This document shows, piece by piece, positions 27,758 through 40,786 of a stretch of 64,000 nt of DNA; the first letter of the stretch is position 1; each line of letters opens with the position of its first letter. Source of the DNA: Gammaproteobacteria bacterium (GTDB lineage: Bacteria > Pseudomonadota > Gammaproteobacteria > UBA5861); NCBI GenBank assembly GCA_022360445.1, contig JAKSCV010000059.1:11897-75896 (forward strand). Reading direction: 5' to 3'. Below the pieces are notes generated by a model, which worked only from the letters and a program-made list of their open reading frames with translations, did no database searches and had not been told where the DNA came from. The translations under genes were made by a program, and so were the position numbers.

Positions 27758-28836
27758 TGCAATATATTGCGCAAGCGCTGATGTCTTTTCATGACGGGTT
27801 TAATGTTTTCAATTACATTACCTTCCGTTCGATCATGAGTGCGCTAACGGCATTGGCGATTTCTCTTTTGGTTGGGCCAGTCGTTATCCGTCACCTGACG
27901 GAGAAAAAGATTGGCCAAGCAGTGCGTGACGACGGCCCGCAAACTCATTTGTCCAAAAGTGGTACACCCACGATGGGCGGAGCACTGATTCTGGTGTCGC
28001 TGAGTGTCAGCACCTTGCTTTGGGGTAATTTGGAAACCAAACAAATCTGGGTGGCTTTGTTGATCACCCTGTCTTTTGGAGTCATTGGTTGGATTGATGA
28101 CTACCGGAAAGTCAGCCAGCGTCACTCGGCTGGTCTGTCTGCTCGATCAAAATTTTTCTGGCAATCCGTCTTTGCCTTAGCGGCTGGAACCTATTTGTAT
28201 TGGTTTGCTGTGATGCCTTCTGAGACAGCCATGATTCTGCCGATGTGGAAAGATTTCGCCTGGCAAATGGGCTGGCTGTTTGTACCCTTTGCTTACTTTG
28301 TTGTCGTGGGTAGCAGTAACGCAGTCAATTTAACCGACGGCTTGGATGGACTGGCCATTTTGCCGGCGGTCATGGTGGCTGGTGGGTTGGGCTTTATCGC
28401 ATATCTGACCGGCCATATTGAGTTCGCCGATTATTTGAACATTCCCTACGTCCCTGGAGCCGGTGAACTGCTGGTTTTTTGTGCCGCCTTAGCAGGAGCG
28501 GGGCTAGGTTTTCTTTGGTTTAATACCTATCCCGCGCAAGTTTTTATGGGAGATGTCGGCGCACTCGCCTTGGGAGCAGCACTCGGTGTTGTGGCGGTCA
28601 TGATAAGGCAAGAGTTTGTTCTCTTAATCATGGGCGGGGTGTTTGTCATGGAAACAGTCTCCGTCATCTTACAGGTCACGTCATTTAAATTAACTGGACG
28701 GCGAATTTTTCGAATGGCGCCGCTGCACCATCACTTTGAATTAAAAGGTTGGCCTGAGCCCAGGGTCATCGTTCGGTTCTGGATTATTACGGTGGTGCTT
28801 GTGTTAATTGGGCTGGCAACCTTGAAGATACGGTGA
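27754..28836 (+). CDS. mraY: Phospho-N-acetylmuramoyl-pentapeptide transferase
   Basis: [10 protein letters not shown]...[11 protein letters not shown]... is near-collinear with E. coli MraY. The start was set at Met41 of the track ORF, overlapping the murF stop. Confidence 0.9.
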   Translation: MMQYIAQALMSFHDGFNVFNYITFRSIMSALTALAISLLVGPVVIRHLTEKKIGQAVRDDGPQTHLSKSGTPTMGGALILVSLSVSTLLWGNLETKQIWVALLITLSFGVIGWIDDYRKVSQRHSAGLSARSKFFWQSVFALAAGTYLYWFAVMPSETAMILPMWKDFAWQMGWLFVPFAYFVVVGSSNAVNLTDGLDGLAILPAVMVAGGLGFIAYLTGHIEFADYLNIPYVPGAGELLVFCAALAGAGLGFLWFNTYPAQVFMGDVGALALGAALGVVAVMIRQEFVLLIMGGVFVMETVSVILQVTSFKLTGRRIFRMAPLHHHFELKGWPEPRVIVRFWIITVVLVLIGLATLKIR

Positions 28837-30182
28837 GCAAAGTGGCGAAGAAAGTCAACACAATCATCATTGGGCTAGGACAAACCGGTTTTGCTTGCGC
28901 GCGCTACTTTAAACGTGTGGGCGAACCATTTGCTGTTGTCGATACACGCCAGAACCCACCGTTTCTGCATGATTTGAAAGTCCTTGCTCCTGATGTGGAT
29001 ATTCACTTGGGTGTATTTAATGCCAGGTTATTCAGGCAGGTTTCAAGGTTGGTGATAAGCCCTGGGGTGACGCTCACTGAGCCGGCCATACAGCAGGCTT
29101 CGGCAGCAGGCGTTGAGCTGATCGGTGATATCGAATTGTTTGTTCGCGAGGCTAAAGCACCCATTCTCGCGGTAACCGGTTCAAACGGCAAAACCTCTGT
29201 TGTCAGCTTGCTTGGTGAAATGGCCGCACAAGCGGGTAAAAAGGCGGCTATTGGTGGCAATATTGGCACCCCTGCACTGGATCTATTAAATCAGGAGAAG
29301 GTTGATTTTTACATCCTAGAGTTATCCAGCTTCCAATTAGAAACCACCTTTTCTTTGCAGGCTCATGCGGCTGTTGTGCTGAACATCAGCGAAGATCACA
29401 TGGACCGTTACCAAGGCCTTAACCACTATGTCGAGACAAAACTGTCGATCTACAAAAATGCCTCTGTTGCAGTTGTCAATCAAGAGTCATCATATTCACC
29501 ACTAATTCCTAGAAGTCAATCTCAGACAGTCATTCGTTACGCCTTGAGTCTTCCGGCAACTGAAAATGACTACGGCATTGCTGAAAGTGCCTCCGGTTCT
29601 CATTGGTTTGCACGGGGTGGGCGTGCGCTTTGTCCTGTGGAAGTTCTTAGGATTCCAGGGAAACATAATCAAAGTAATGCACTGGCTGCTTTAGCCTTGG
29701 GTGCTCAGGTGGGTCTTTCCGACGAGGCAATGTGTGCGGCGCTTAAGTCCTTTAAAGGGCTTCCGCACCGCATGGAAGTTGTTGCCGACCAGGAGGATGT
29801 TGTTTGGTACAACGACTCTAAGGCCACGAATCCTGGCGCGACAGCGGCTGCCCTCAGTGGTATGGCAAGAAAGGCGGTATTGATTGCCGGCGGGGAGGCT
29901 AAGGGCGCCGATTTTGACGATTTGAAGCCGTTGGTGGCTGAGCACACACAAGCTGTCATACTTTTGGGTAAAGACGCTGAAAAGCTTGAAGCGAGCTGGA
30001 AGGGAACCGTTCCGCTATACCGGGTTGGCACGATGCGTGAAGCCGTGATTAAGGCGCATGCGATTGTGCAACCCGGTGATTGCGTGCTGCTCTCGCCGGC
30101 GTGTGCCAGCTTGGATCAATATCGAAACTTTGAGGCAAGAGGGGATGACTTTTCCAGGCTGGTCAAGGAGGTGCTGTCATGA
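28833..30182 (+). CDS. murD: UDP-N-acetylmuramoylalanine--D-glutamate ligase
   Basis: GSNGKTS P-loop, in the correct position in the dcw cluster. Confidence 0.9.
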   Translation: MSKVAKKVNTIIIGLGQTGFACARYFKRVGEPFAVVDTRQNPPFLHDLKVLAPDVDIHLGVFNARLFRQVSRLVISPGVTLTEPAIQQASAAGVELIGDIELFVREAKAPILAVTGSNGKTSVVSLLGEMAAQAGKKAAIGGNIGTPALDLLNQEKVDFYILELSSFQLETTFSLQAHAAVVLNISEDHMDRYQGLNHYVETKLSIYKNASVAVVNQESSYSPLIPRSQSQTVIRYALSLPATENDYGIAESASGSHWFARGGRALCPVEVLRIPGKHNQSNALAALALGAQVGLSDEAMCAALKSFKGLPHRMEVVADQEDVVWYNDSKATNPGATAAALSGMARKAVLIAGGEAKGADFDDLKPLVAEHTQAVILLGKDAEKLEASWKGTVPLYRVGTMREAVIKAHAIVQPGDCVLLSPACASLDQYRNFEARGDDFSRLVKEVLS

Positions 30183-31375
30183 CATCTGTACTGGGCACGT
30201 CCTGGCATCAGTTTTCCCGGCGCTATTTCAAGCAAGCGGATCGCTATGAGACGCCCTTGGATAGCGTATTGGCGGGCATCGTAGTGATATTGGTTTGCCT
30301 TGGTTTGGTGATGGTGGCTTCTTCCTCCGTCATGGTCGCTGAAAACCGTACCGGTGATGCTTTGTTCTATGTCAAACGACAATTCATTGCGCTTTGCCTG
30401 GGTACCACTTTGGGTGTGGCGGCTTATCAGGTCCGAATGATTTGGTGGCAGCGCTTTGCGCCTGGCCTGCTCATAGTGGGTTTGTTGTTGCTGGTCCTGG
30501 TCTTGGTGCCCGGTATTGGGAAAACTGTGAACTACAGTACCCGTTGGATTCCCTTAGGCATTTTTAACCTTCAAGTTTCCGAGTTTGCCAAGTTATTTGC
30601 TTTTACATACATGGCAAGTTACCTCGTCCGCCATGTCGAGACGACCAGACAGTCATTGATGGGCTTTATAAAACCGTTATTGTTGTTTGCGTTGATTGGA
30701 TTTTTGGTTTTATTGCAGCCCGATATGGGAACGACAGTCGTTCTCTTTGCCACGGGCATGGCAATGCTGTTCATCGGCGGGGTACGTTTGGGGTTGTTCG
30801 TTTTGATCGGTGCTTCATTGGTGTTTGTGGCTGCGTTGCTCACACTGTCAACGGACTACCGTCTCAGGCGCGTGACTGGTTTTCTAGACCCTTGGGCCGA
30901 TCCTTTCGGGGATGGTTTTCAACTGATTCAGTCGCTCATTGCGGTCGGGAGTGGTAACTGGTTTGGTCTGGGGCTTGGAAACAGTGTTCAAAAGTTAATG
31001 TTTTTGCCTGAACCACATACGGATTTTGTTTTCTCCGTATTGGCTGAAGAGTTTGGATTCATAGGCATCATTCTGGTGCTGTTGCTGTTTGTTGCGTTTG
31101 CCTGGCGTGCATTTTCGATTTCTGCGTTGGCAGAAAAAACGGGACACACATTTGGCGCGCATCTGGCGAGTGGCATTGGGATCTGGATCAGTCTCCAGGC
31201 GTTTATTCATATAGCAGTTGATATCGGTGCATTGCCCACCAAAGGGTTGACGCTTCCCTTTGTGAGTTATGGTGGGAGCAGCTTAATGGTGAGCTGTCTT
31301 GCTGTCGGTATTTTGCTCCGTATTGCCCGGGAGGCACGTCTTTCAAGTGCGCAGGCCCGCAGGAGGTCCGCATGA
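30179..31375 (+). CDS. ftsW: Peptidoglycan glycosyltransferase FtsW
   Basis: SEDS family, 10 TM, located between murD and murG. Confidence 0.9.
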   Translation: MTSVLGTSWHQFSRRYFKQADRYETPLDSVLAGIVVILVCLGLVMVASSSVMVAENRTGDALFYVKRQFIALCLGTTLGVAAYQVRMIWWQRFAPGLLIVGLLLLVLVLVPGIGKTVNYSTRWIPLGIFNLQVSEFAKLFAFTYMASYLVRHVETTRQSLMGFIKPLLLFALIGFLVLLQPDMGTTVVLFATGMAMLFIGGVRLGLFVLIGASLVFVAALLTLSTDYRLRRVTGFLDPWADPFGDGFQLIQSLIAVGSGNWFGLGLGNSVQKLMFLPEPHTDFVFSVLAEEFGFIGIILVLLLFVAFAWRAFSISALAEKTGHTFGAHLASGIGIWISLQAFIHIAVDIGALPTKGLTLPFVSYGGSSLMVSCLAVGILLRIAREARLSSAQARRRSA

Positions 31376-32481
31376 ATGCATCCGTTCGAGATTTGACGCA
31401 GCTGGCGGTGGCCTGTGGCGGTAAGCCTGTGTTGATCGCTGCAGGTGGCACGGGTGGGCACGTTTTTCCGGGTCTATCCGTTGCTGAAGTTATGCGTGGC
31501 TTGGGGCTCCAGGTTGTTTGGGTGGGTACGCCATGGGGGCTAGAGTCTCGTCTTGTGCCTGAGGCGGGTATCGAAATGGAGTGGGTTTCCGTGAATGGCT
31601 TGCGTGGTAAAGGCAAATTAGCCTTATTGGTTGCGCCATGGCGACTCGTCAAAGCCTGCGCTCAGGCCATGGCCATTATTCGGCGCCGAAACCCCTACGT
31701 TGTTTTGGGTTTGGGGGGCTTTGCATCGGGCCCTGCGGGTCTGGCTGCGTGGCTATTGAGGAGACCCCTAGTCGTGCATGAACAGAATGCTGTTCCAGGG
31801 CTAACCAATAAGTGCTTATCTCGGTTGGCACAGCGAACATTAGAGGCGTTTCCGGGTGCCTTTACGTCGACAAGGTGTGTCTTGGATGTGGGTAACCCTA
31901 TCCGTCAGGAGATTGCGGCAGTCGCTCCGCCTACTGTCCGGTTAGCAGGGCGGACCGGCCCCATCCGCTTGTTGGTGATTGGGGGGAGTCAAGGTGCGCG
32001 AGTCTTGAATCAAGTGGTGCCAGTGGCGGTGCGAGGTATGTCCGAGGAGTTCGACGTCTGGCATCAAACCGGGGTCACTGACCTTGAAATAACCCAACAA
32101 GCCTATGATGGGGTGTCTGCGCACGTTAATGCCTTCATTCATAACATGGCAGAGGCTTATACCTGGGCTGATTTAGTGATTTGCCGTTCAGGCGCCATGA
32201 CGGTAGCTGAGTTGGCGGCTGTGGGTATGCCTTCCATTTTGGTCCCTTATCCCACCGCAGTTGATGACCACCAAACCAAGAACGGTGAATATTTAGTAAA
32301 AGACGGCGCGGCGGTGATGATTCAACAGAAAGACTTGACGAAAGAGCGGTTAAGCGCTGAGTTGCAGCGCGTAACCGAAAACCGGGACATTTTGTTTGCT
32401 ATGGCTAAGAAAGCGCGCAGCTTAGGTCGGACCGATGCCGCAGAACAAGTCGCCGGTGTATGCTTGGAGGTTGGCCGATGA
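31372..32481 (+). CDS. murG: UDP-GlcNAc--undecaprenyl-PP-MurNAc-pentapeptide GlcNAc transferase
   Basis: [10 protein letters not shown]-terminal motif; GT28 family. Confidence 0.9.
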   Translation: MNASVRDLTQLAVACGGKPVLIAAGGTGGHVFPGLSVAEVMRGLGLQVVWVGTPWGLESRLVPEAGIEMEWVSVNGLRGKGKLALLVAPWRLVKACAQAMAIIRRRNPYVVLGLGGFASGPAGLAAWLLRRPLVVHEQNAVPGLTNKCLSRLAQRTLEAFPGAFTSTRCVLDVGNPIRQEIAAVAPPTVRLAGRTGPIRLLVIGGSQGARVLNQVVPVAVRGMSEEFDVWHQTGVTDLEITQQAYDGVSAHVNAFIHNMAEAYTWADLVICRSGAMTVAELAAVGMPSILVPYPTAVDDHQTKNGEYLVKDGAAVMIQQKDLTKERLSAELQRVTENRDILFAMAKKARSLGRTDAAEQVAGVCLEVGR

Positions 32482-33923
32482 GTCAAGTGATGAATAGCCC
32501 TCGGCTCTCTGCCCAAACGGTGGGTGTTGGTATGCGCCGGATTCACAAGATCCATTTCATTGGTATTGGTGGTGCTGGCATGGGCGGTATTGCAGAAGTA
32601 TTGCTCAATTTGGGGTACTCGATCAGCGGCTCTGATCAGTCGGATAACGCTATGACCCAACGTTTGGAGCGGCTCGGTGCAACAGTCTATAAAGGACATA
32701 AAGCAGATTATGTGCAGGGCGTTGATGTGGTTGTTGTCTCCACAGCCGTTCCTGAAACGAACCCAGAGGTGGTGGCATCAAGGGAACAGTTGATTCCGGT
32801 GGTGCCACGGGCGGAAATGCTGGCTGAGTTGATGCGCTTTCGCCAGGGTATTGCCGTTGCCGGGACGCACGGGAAAACAACAACGACCAGCCTGGTGGCC
32901 AGTGTGCTGGCGGAAGGTGGACTGGATCCAACTTATGTAATCGGTGGCCGGCTGAACAGCTCGGAAAGTAATGCCCGTTTAGGAGCCGGTGACTACCTAG
33001 TCGCCGAGGCAGACGAAAGTGATGCTTCTTTTCTCTACTTACAACCCATGATAGCGGTTGTTACCAATATCGAAGCCGATCACCTCTCCACCTATGGCGG
33101 TGACTTTGAACGCTTGAAGCAGACATTTGTCGAGTTTCTACACCATTTGCCTTTCTATGGGCTGGCGGTGTTGTGTATTGATGACCCAGAAGTTAAAAGC
33201 TTATTAGCAGATGTGGCTAGACCGGTGTTGACCTACGGCTTAACAGAAGAGGCCGACGTTTGGGCTGAAAACATTCAATATCAAGGGGATAAAGTGATCT
33301 TTGATGTCCACCTTCCCGGTGGCGAGGTTCTGGATGGTGTCGTATTGCCTCTTGCTGGGCAGCACAATGTACTTAATGCCCTGGCGGCGCTGGGGGTTGC
33401 GAACGAGCTGGGCGTCAAAGGCTATGTCATTAACCATGCGTTGAAAAATTTCCAAGGGATCGATCGGCGCATGCAAAATTACGGCAGCATCACAGTAGAT
33501 GGCCGTCGCGTTATGGTGATTGACGACTATGGGCATCACCCCAGCGAAGTACAGGCAACCATTTCGGCCATCAAAAAGGGCTGGCCGGACAGACGTTTGG
33601 TGGTGGCTTTTCAACCGCATCGTTATTCCCGTACACGCGATCTATTTGAAGACTTTACTCAGGTACTTTGTGGACTTGAGGTCCTGATTTTGTCCGAAGT
33701 CTACGCGGCGGGTGAAGCCCCCATCCCCGGCGCGAATGGACGAGCCTTGGCCCGAGCCGTGCGCAACCGTGGGAAAACAGACCCGATTTTTATTGAAGAC
33801 GTTACAACCCTACCGGATGTGTTATCCGGCATTTTGCAGGATGATGACATTTTGTTGACCCTGGGTGCTGGGAATATCGGTGGGGTTGCGGCGACCCTGG
33901 CTGCTGCAGGAGTAAGCGGATGA
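32478..33923 (+). CDS. murC: UDP-N-acetylmuramate--L-alanine ligase
   Basis: [13 protein letters not shown] and GTHGKTTTT motifs. The start was set at the MSQVMNSP Met, overlapping the murG stop. Confidence 0.9.
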   Translation: MSQVMNSPRLSAQTVGVGMRRIHKIHFIGIGGAGMGGIAEVLLNLGYSISGSDQSDNAMTQRLERLGATVYKGHKADYVQGVDVVVVSTAVPETNPEVVASREQLIPVVPRAEMLAELMRFRQGIAVAGTHGKTTTTSLVASVLAEGGLDPTYVIGGRLNSSESNARLGAGDYLVAEADESDASFLYLQPMIAVVTNIEADHLSTYGGDFERLKQTFVEFLHHLPFYGLAVLCIDDPEVKSLLADVARPVLTYGLTEEADVWAENIQYQGDKVIFDVHLPGGEVLDGVVLPLAGQHNVLNALAALGVANELGVKGYVINHALKNFQGIDRRMQNYGSITVDGRRVMVIDDYGHHPSEVQATISAIKKGWPDRRLVVAFQPHRYSRTRDLFEDFTQVLCGLEVLILSEVYAAGEAPIPGANGRALARAVRNRGKTDPIFIEDVTTLPDVLSGILQDDDILLTLGAGNIGGVAATLAAAGVSG

Positions 33924-34876
33924 AGCCAGTCAGCTGTCATCCAAGCGATTTTGGGCGCGTCGCAGTCTTGATGGGGGGTATCTCATCGGAACGAGAGATC
34001 TCACTTCGAGGCGGTGCCGAAGTGCTATCAAACTTACTCAAGGCGGGTGTCGATGCCTTTGCCGTAGACGTTGGGCAAGACGCACTTCGCCAGCTGATGG
34101 ATGCCCCGTTTGACTGTGCTTTTAACGTGCTGCATGGCGGTGCCGGAGAAAACGGCGAAATCCAAAGCGTACTCTCCTTATTAGGTAAGCCTTACACAGG
34201 CAGTGGTGTTCTGGCGTCGGCTCTGGCACTGGATAAGTTACGCAGCAAATTGCTCTGGAAGGGTTTGTCGTTGCCAACGCCGGCATGGCGAACGCCAGCG
34301 TCGCTTGATGATTGCCGCCAGGCGATGGTCGACCTGAATCTGCCGCTCATAATCAAGCCTTCGCTGGAAGGATCCAGTGTTGGCATCAGTAAAGTTGAAA
34401 AAGCGGAAGAGCTGGTATCGGCTTGGGCGACTGCTTCGCAATACGGCCCCGTCATCGCGGAAACATTTGTTACAGGCAAAGAAGTGACCGCCAGCATTGT
34501 TGGCCGTGAGGTATTACCGCTGATTTCCATGAGTACACCACGTGTGTTTTACGATTACGAAGCGAAGTATCACGCCAATGATACTCACTACGAATGCCCG
34601 GCACAGCTCCCACAAGCGGTCACTGAAGCGTGCCAGCAGTTAGCGCTTGATGCGTTTGATGCGTTAGGTGCGCACGGTTGGGGGCGTGTGGACATGATGT
34701 TGGATGAGCAGTTACAGCCATGGCTGATTGAATTAAACACCGTGCCAGGTATGACCGACCACAGCCTGGTACCGATGGCGGCGCGTGCAGCCCATTTGGA
34801 ATTAGCTGATCTGGTGTTACAAATTCTGGCGGTGACCTGTCTACCAGACAGTCATAAACTAGGAGGCGAGCAATGA
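33920..34876 (+). CDS. ddl: D-alanine--D-alanine ligase
   Basis: ATP-grasp protein with [16 protein letters not shown], located between murC and ftsQ. Confidence 0.9.
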   Translation: MKPVSCHPSDFGRVAVLMGGISSEREISLRGGAEVLSNLLKAGVDAFAVDVGQDALRQLMDAPFDCAFNVLHGGAGENGEIQSVLSLLGKPYTGSGVLASALALDKLRSKLLWKGLSLPTPAWRTPASLDDCRQAMVDLNLPLIIKPSLEGSSVGISKVEKAEELVSAWATASQYGPVIAETFVTGKEVTASIVGREVLPLISMSTPRVFYDYEAKYHANDTHYECPAQLPQAVTEACQQLALDAFDALGAHGWGRVDMMLDEQLQPWLIELNTVPGMTDHSLVPMAARAAHLELADLVLQILAVTCLPDSHKLGGEQ

Positions 34877-35679
34877 TGGCCGTGAGTCGGCAACGTGTTC
34901 AATCGCCTGATCCACTGGTGTACGAGGAGCAAAAGCATAATCTGAGAATTTTGATTGGTGCTTTAGGCGCTGTTGTATTGCTTGTGGCCTTGGCCACGCT
35001 TGGGCGTGTACTCAGCGATACGCATGCGTTTCCCATAGAGAATGTCTCTATTCGTGGTGAGCTCCAATACGTTGTCCGCGATGGTGTCATGCAGACGGTA
35101 GGACCTTACCTCGATGCCAGTTTTTTTACCGTTGATTTGTCTGCGATTCAGATTGCGGTTGCCCAGTTACCCTGGGTTAATCAGGTGTCTGCTCGCCGGA
35201 TTTGGCCCTCAGGCCTTGTATTGAATATCGATGAGCACGAGCCTTATGCGCGCTGGAACGAGACGGAAATGATCAGCGCTGAAGGCGCCCGTTTCCCGGT
35301 TCCGCAATTGGAAGGTAATGCCCAACAAAAGACAGCCTGGACTAAGCACTTTCACTCATTGCCGCATTTCTCGGGCTCTGCCCAGCGTTACCAGACATTA
35401 AAGAAGCAGTACGAAACAGCAGCCCGGTCCCTGCAACCTTTGGGGCTCTCAATTACGGCGCTGCATGAAGATGGACGACGGTCCGTCAACCTACGGCTGA
35501 GTAACAACGTGGAGCTGCGTCTTGGCCGACGAGATCATATGGAGCGGTTGTCGCGTTTTGTGAAGGTTTATCAACGGCATTTAAGCCCTGTAATGGGAAA
35601 AGTACGATATGTGGATTTACGTTATACCAATGGGCTTGCGTTGGGTCATGGAGTGGCTGATGGCAAGGCAAAGCGCTAG
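34873..35679 (+). CDS. ftsQ: Cell division protein FtsQ
   Basis: Single TM plus a POTRA domain, in the dcw position. Confidence 0.85.
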   Translation: MMAVSRQRVQSPDPLVYEEQKHNLRILIGALGAVVLLVALATLGRVLSDTHAFPIENVSIRGELQYVVRDGVMQTVGPYLDASFFTVDLSAIQIAVAQLPWVNQVSARRIWPSGLVLNIDEHEPYARWNETEMISAEGARFPVPQLEGNAQQKTAWTKHFHSLPHFSGSAQRYQTLKKQYETAARSLQPLGLSITALHEDGRRSVNLRLSNNVELRLGRRDHMERLSRFVKVYQRHLSPVMGKVRYVDLRYTNGLALGHGVADGKAKR

Positions 35680-35690
35680 GGAGATGAAGT

Positions 35691-36929
35691 GTGTCTAGAA
35701 AACAAGATAAACAGATGATTGTAGGGCTGGATATTGGAACCTCAAAAGTCGTCGCGATTGTAGGTGAATATATGGATGATGGTGAGCTGGATATTATTGG
35801 TATTGGCTCTCACCCGTCGCGAGGCCTTAAAAAAGGCGTGGTGGTGAATATCGAGTCGACTGTTCAATCCATTCAGCGGGCCGTGGAAGAAGCAGAATTG
35901 ATGGCGGGTTGTCATATCCAGTCCGTTTATGCGGGTATCGCGGGAAGCCATATTGAGGGCCGAAACTCCGACGGGATGATTGCGATTAAAGACCGGGAAG
36001 TTAAGCCCGCTGATGTTGAACGTGTGATTGATACAGCCAAAGCTGTCCCCGTTTCTTCAGATCACCGAATACTTCATGTCCTGCCGCAGGAATTCATTAT
36101 TGACGAACAAGACGGCATCCGTGAGCCAATTGGTATGTCGGGAGTCCGCCTGGAGGCCAAAGTTCACTTGGTAACCGGTGCGGTCAGTGCGGCGCAAAAT
36201 ATCGTCAAATGTGTGCGCCGTTGCGGTTTGGAAGTGGATGACCTGATCCTGGAGCAACTGGCATCCAGTTACTCTGTATTGACGGACGATGAAAAAGAAT
36301 TGGGTGTTTGTTTGGTCGATATTGGCGGCGGGACCACGGATATTGCAGTCTTTTGTGATGGTGCAATGCGGCATACAGCTGTGATTCCGATCGCAGGCGA
36401 CCAAGTAACTAACGATATTGCCGTTGCATTGCGCACACCAACACAACATGCCGAAGAAATCAAAATCAAATACGCCTGTGCGCTACGGCAATTGACGAAC
36501 CCAGATGAGTCGATCGAAGTGCCCGGTGTTGGTGAACGGCCTCCCCGTAAATTGGCCCGGCAAAATTTAGCCGAAGTGGTCGAGCCACGCTACGAAGAAC
36601 TTTTAGGTCTGGTACAGGCCGAGTTACGGCGGTGTGGTTTTGAAGAAATGGTCGCTGCTGGCATTGTGCTAACGGGCGGTAGCGCAAAAATGGAAGGTGT
36701 AGTTGAGTTAGCAGAAGAAGTTTTTCATATGCCGGTTCGTTTGGGAATGCCTCAGCATGGCATCACTGGCTTGTCGGATGTTGTCAGGAATCCGATTCAT
36801 GCTACAGGGGTTGGGCTCTTGCTCTTTGGTCGGGAGAAGACTCTGGATGGTGTGCCACGTCGGCGAATCAGTCCAGAACCTAAGGCCTTGGTTCAGCGAA
36901 TGAAAGAGTGGTTTCAAAGTAATTTTTAA
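35691..36929 (+). CDS. ftsA: Cell division protein FtsA
   Basis: Actin-like ATPase: VGLDIGTSKVVAIVGE, DIGGGTTDIAVF. Confidence 0.9.
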   Translation: MSRKQDKQMIVGLDIGTSKVVAIVGEYMDDGELDIIGIGSHPSRGLKKGVVVNIESTVQSIQRAVEEAELMAGCHIQSVYAGIAGSHIEGRNSDGMIAIKDREVKPADVERVIDTAKAVPVSSDHRILHVLPQEFIIDEQDGIREPIGMSGVRLEAKVHLVTGAVSAAQNIVKCVRRCGLEVDDLILEQLASSYSVLTDDEKELGVCLVDIGGGTTDIAVFCDGAMRHTAVIPIAGDQVTNDIAVALRTPTQHAEEIKIKYACALRQLTNPDESIEVPGVGERPPRKLARQNLAEVVEPRYEELLGLVQAELRRCGFEEMVAAGIVLTGGSAKMEGVVELAEEVFHMPVRLGMPQHGITGLSDVVRNPIHATGVGLLLFGREKTLDGVPRRRISPEPKALVQRMKEWFQSNF

Positions 36930-36979
36930 TTTTTGTGTGGGTTTTAGGGGTATTCCTTTTTACTTGAGGAGAAAAAGAG

Positions 36980-38122
36980 ATGTTTGAATTAATGGATTCA
37001 TTTTCACAAAATGCAGTAATCAAGTTGATTGGTGTAGGCGGCGGCGGTGGCAATGCCGTTGAACACATGGTGCAATCAGGTATCGAAGGGGTGGAGTTTA
37101 TTTGTGCAAATACAGATGCACAGGCACTGAAAAGTATGAGCGCCAAAACGACTCTTCAAATTGGATCCGGTATCACGAAAGGGCTGGGTGCGGGGGCTGA
37201 TCCTGAAATTGGTCGCCAAGCCGCCATGGAAGACCGGGAGCGTATTCAGGAAGTCATTGACGGGGCGGATATGCTCTTCATCACTGCTGGAATGGGAGGC
37301 GGTACAGGCACGGGCGCGATTCCTGTCGTGGCGCAAATGGCAAAAGAGCTGGGTATTCTGACTGTCGCTGTTGTAACCAAACCTTTTCCCTTTGAAGGTG
37401 GTAAACGGATGCGCGCAGCTGATGAAGGTATGGCAGAGTTACGCAAGCATGTTGACTCATTAATCACCATTCCCAATGAGAAACTGCTTTCAGTGCTCGG
37501 AAAAGGCGTTAGTCTTCTAGATGCTTTTAGAGCGGCTAATGATGTACTCAAAGGTGCTGTTCAAGGCATTGCTGAACTCATCACGCGTCCCGGCCTTATG
37601 AACCTCGACTTTGCAGATGTCGAAACGGTCATGGCTGAAATGGGGATGGCAATGATGGGGTCGGGTAAAGCAACCGGCGAAGACCGCGCTAAGGAAGCAG
37701 CAGAAAGTGCAATCTCCAGCCCACTGCTTGATGATATGTGCTTGTCTGGTGCGAAAGGGATTCTGGTCAATGTCACCGCTGGTTTGGATTTGAGTATTGG
37801 TGAGTTTGAGGAAGTGGGTGAAATTGTTAATGCCATGGCCTCCGAAGACGCAACGGTTGTTGTGGGTGCTGTCATTGATCCTGAGCTTGAGGGTGAGATG
37901 CGTGTCACAGTTGTTGCTACCGGCTTGGACAATACTGAGGCGAAGGAAGCGAAACCTAAAGTTGAAGTCGTAAAAACGGAGCCGGACGCAAAGGTAGATT
38001 ACTCTCAGCTGGATCAACCAACAGTGATCCGGCGCGGAAGTCAAAAATCGTTTGCTACAGCGAAACAAGAAAACTTAGAATACTTAGATATACCCGCATT
38101 TCTTCGACGACAGGCTGATTAA
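36980..38122 (+). CDS. ftsZ: Cell division GTPase FtsZ
   Basis: [10 protein letters not shown] and GGGTGTGA tubulin signature; C-terminal [11 protein letters not shown] tail. Confidence 0.95.
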   Translation: MFELMDSFSQNAVIKLIGVGGGGGNAVEHMVQSGIEGVEFICANTDAQALKSMSAKTTLQIGSGITKGLGAGADPEIGRQAAMEDRERIQEVIDGADMLFITAGMGGGTGTGAIPVVAQMAKELGILTVAVVTKPFPFEGGKRMRAADEGMAELRKHVDSLITIPNEKLLSVLGKGVSLLDAFRAANDVLKGAVQGIAELITRPGLMNLDFADVETVMAEMGMAMMGSGKATGEDRAKEAAESAISSPLLDDMCLSGAKGILVNVTAGLDLSIGEFEEVGEIVNAMASEDATVVVGAVIDPELEGEMRVTVVATGLDNTEAKEAKPKVEVVKTEPDAKVDYSQLDQPTVIRRGSQKSFATAKQENLEYLDIPAFLRRQAD

Positions 38123-38239
38123 GAACGATTAAAGGGACATTCGCCTCTATTAATAAAATGGTTTGATTTAGTAAACTTAAAAAGTTTTACTGTTCGATAT
38201 TTTGCAGGCAAATTAAATTTTAAACTTAGGTGCTAAGTT

Positions 38240-39154
38240 ATGAGGCAAAGAACGCTTAAAAATCGTATCCGGGCTAATGGCATTGGTTTGCATACAGGCC
38301 AGAAAGTATCGCTTGAATTAAAACCGGCTCCTGAGAATACAGGTATTGTTTTTCGCCGAGTCGATTTTGATGAGCCTGTGGTGATTAAAGGTCACCCATT
38401 GAATGTGGTTAATACAGAATTAGCGACATCATTGGGTGCCGGTGAGGTGCGGATATCAACAGTTGAGCATTTGATGGCGGCCTTGGCGGGTTTGGGCGTT
38501 GATAATGTTGTTATTGATGTGGATGCTTCAGAAGTCCCTATCATGGACGGAAGTGCGGCCCCGTTAGTCTTTCTTATACAATCTGCTGGTATCGTGGAAC
38601 AATGTGAGCCTAAAAAATTCATTCGCATTCTGAAGCCGGTTGTGGCGACCGAAGGCGATAAATGGGCTCGTTTGGAACCTTATGACGGGTTCAAGTTGAC
38701 ATTCACGATTGAGTTTGATCACCCCTTATTTCAACGGCAAGACCAAAAGACTGCCACAGTTGATTTTTCAACAACGGCTTTTGTCAAAGAAATTAGCCGT
38801 GCTCGGACTTTCGGTTTTCAGCAGGATATCGAAGCTTTGAGGAAACGAAACTTGGCGCTTGGGGGGTGTCATGATAATGGTATTGAGGTTGACAGCCAAG
38901 GCGTGCTGAATGAAGACGGCCTGCGTAGTGGGGATGAATTTGTTAAGCATAAGATGCTTGATGCGGTGGGAGATCTTTACTTATTAGGGAGAAGTTTGAT
39001 CGGGGCTTTTTCAGGGTATAAGTCTGGCCACAGTTTGAATAATAAATTACTCAAAGTACTGCTCGCAGACACCACGGCTTGGGAAGAGATCACCTTTGAA
39101 GAGCTGAATACTTTACCGATCTCTTATGTGGAGCCGATCGAAGCTGTTGGTTAA
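38240..39154 (+). CDS. lpxC: UDP-3-O-acyl-N-acetylglucosamine deacetylase
   Basis: [23 protein letters not shown]... and the [10 protein letters not shown] motif. Confidence 0.9.
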   Translation: MRQRTLKNRIRANGIGLHTGQKVSLELKPAPENTGIVFRRVDFDEPVVIKGHPLNVVNTELATSLGAGEVRISTVEHLMAALAGLGVDNVVIDVDASEVPIMDGSAAPLVFLIQSAGIVEQCEPKKFIRILKPVVATEGDKWARLEPYDGFKLTFTIEFDHPLFQRQDQKTATVDFSTTAFVKEISRARTFGFQQDIEALRKRNLALGGCHDNGIEVDSQGVLNEDGLRSGDEFVKHKMLDAVGDLYLLGRSLIGAFSGYKSGHSLNNKLLKVLLADTTAWEEITFEELNTLPISYVEPIEAVG

Positions 39155-39588
39155 TTAACCCTCTTATCAAGCCGGCCTGCGAGTCGTTTCAATGACTTTG
39201 ATAGGCTTTCATCTGGCGTGTCTTGCGCCAATGAGCGTAATTGACGCCTTGTCACTTCTGCTAGTGGTTGCATTGGTTTTTTCCTGAGGTAATGTTTATT
39301 GCTTTGCTGGCAGTGTTCGGCATCAACTTTTTGCACTTTTATTGTATCAATATCAAGTCCTGTTTGAGACCGAAGGTTTTTGGTTAATTCATCCGTTAAA
39401 AAACGTAGTTTTGTCAACCAGGCTGACGAGTCAACGCCTAAAATCAGCGTTTTTTGTTTAATCCCAACCACTGAAATATGAGAAATAAACTCAGGAGGGA
39501 GGTAGCGATAAAGAAGCTGGGTGATTAGTTTATTTTTTCGAGTTGTTTCAATCAGTTTGGAATGGATGTAGTCGCCAACGTTCTTCAT
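39151..39588 (-). CDS. DUF721 domain protein (DciA-like), in the conserved lpxC-secA intergenic position
   Basis: 145 aa basic protein. It is positionally equivalent to the DUF721 gene between lpxC and secA in Pseudomonas-type gene order. Confidence 0.5.
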   Translation of the reverse strand: MKNVGDYIHSKLIETTRKNKLITQLLYRYLPPEFISHISVVGIKQKTLILGVDSSAWLTKLRFLTDELTKNLRSQTGLDIDTIKVQKVDAEHCQQSNKHYLRKKPMQPLAEVTRRQLRSLAQDTPDESLSKSLKRLAGRLDKRVN

Positions 39589-39704
39589 AAGCTTGTAATA
39601 ATGGGTGGATTAACTGTCAGACTAACTCAGTTACAACAGAAGTTACACATCCTTCTTTCTTGATGTAGAATTAAATAAATTTTATACGGTCGCCCAATAA
39701 CTAT

Positions 39705-40625
39705 ATGAATATCATTCTGGTAGGTTATTCTCGCGGTAAACTGATAAAAAAACAAATCAGTACCCCTTTACATTTTTTTCTACTGTCGTTGCTTTTACTT
39801 TCGTTATTCGCTGGCGTTGGGTGGCTAGGCTATTGGTATGCTCAGACCAAGGTAAAGAGCGAAGCGAGCCAATGGTGGGTTTCTGAGATCAGCTTGCAAA
39901 AGGGGCGTATAGAATCTCTGCAGGGCCGCTATCAGGCAGATACGGCTGCTCTGACAAAACGCTTGGGTTTGATGCAGGGCTACTTTAGCCGGTTGGATGC
40001 ATTGGGTTTCAAACTTGTAACTATGGCGAATCTTGATCAAAGTGAGTTTAATTTTGGCGGGACGCCACCTTTAGGCGGCTCTGAAATCAATGAAAACCTG
40101 ACAAAACTACCGTCAGACGTCTTGAACGAAACACTTTCTGAGTTAGAAAGAAGCCTAGTTCAGCAAGAACAACAGTTGCAAGTGCTTGAGCACTTGTTGA
40201 TTAGCCGGAACTTGGAGGAAGAAGCTTCTCTCTCAGGCCGACCGATTAAGAAAGGTTGGTTGTCATCCCCTTACGGCTGGCGGATCAGCCCCTTTGAGGG
40301 TAAAAAGCAGTTTCATAAAGGGGTTGACTTCGCCGGTCAGTACGGGAGGGACATCATTGCCGTCGCAGGTGGGGTCGTCACATTTTCTGGTGAACACGTT
40401 GATTATGGAAAAATGGTTGAAATTAACCACGGTAATGGCTACATCACTCGTTATGCTCATAATCAAGAAAATCTTTTTCAGGTCGGTGAGCGTGTCAAGA
40501 AAGGGCAGGTGATAGCCAAAATGGGGAATACTGGCCGATCGACCGGTCCACACGTACATTTCGAAGTTATTGTGAACGGAAAGCATATTGATCCGAAAAA
40601 GTTCATTTATGCCAATCGGCAATAA
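39705..40625 (+). CDS. M23 family metallopeptidase (murein endopeptidase)
   Basis: N-terminal TM and coiled coil, then HKGVDFAG...GNTGRSTGPHVHFEV, the LytM-type zinc ligand motifs. Confidence 0.85.
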   Translation: MNIILVGYSRGKLIKKQISTPLHFFLLSLLLLSLFAGVGWLGYWYAQTKVKSEASQWWVSEISLQKGRIESLQGRYQADTAALTKRLGLMQGYFSRLDALGFKLVTMANLDQSEFNFGGTPPLGGSEINENLTKLPSDVLNETLSELERSLVQQEQQLQVLEHLLISRNLEEEASLSGRPIKKGWLSSPYGWRISPFEGKKQFHKGVDFAGQYGRDIIAVAGGVVTFSGEHVDYGKMVEINHGNGYITRYAHNQENLFQVGERVKKGQVIAKMGNTGRSTGPHVHFEVIVNGKHIDPKKFIYANRQ

Positions 40626-40786
40626 AATGGATTTCCTCTTCCTGTTTTCGGGAGTACTCCACTCGTACCCATGAGCTAAACCTATTGAACTGACGTTAAT
40701 GCAGTGGGCCAGGGCAAGTTCGGTTTACTTTGTCGACAGTGAAATAGACACCGTGGTTATTAAATTTTCACCAAGGTTATAAATGA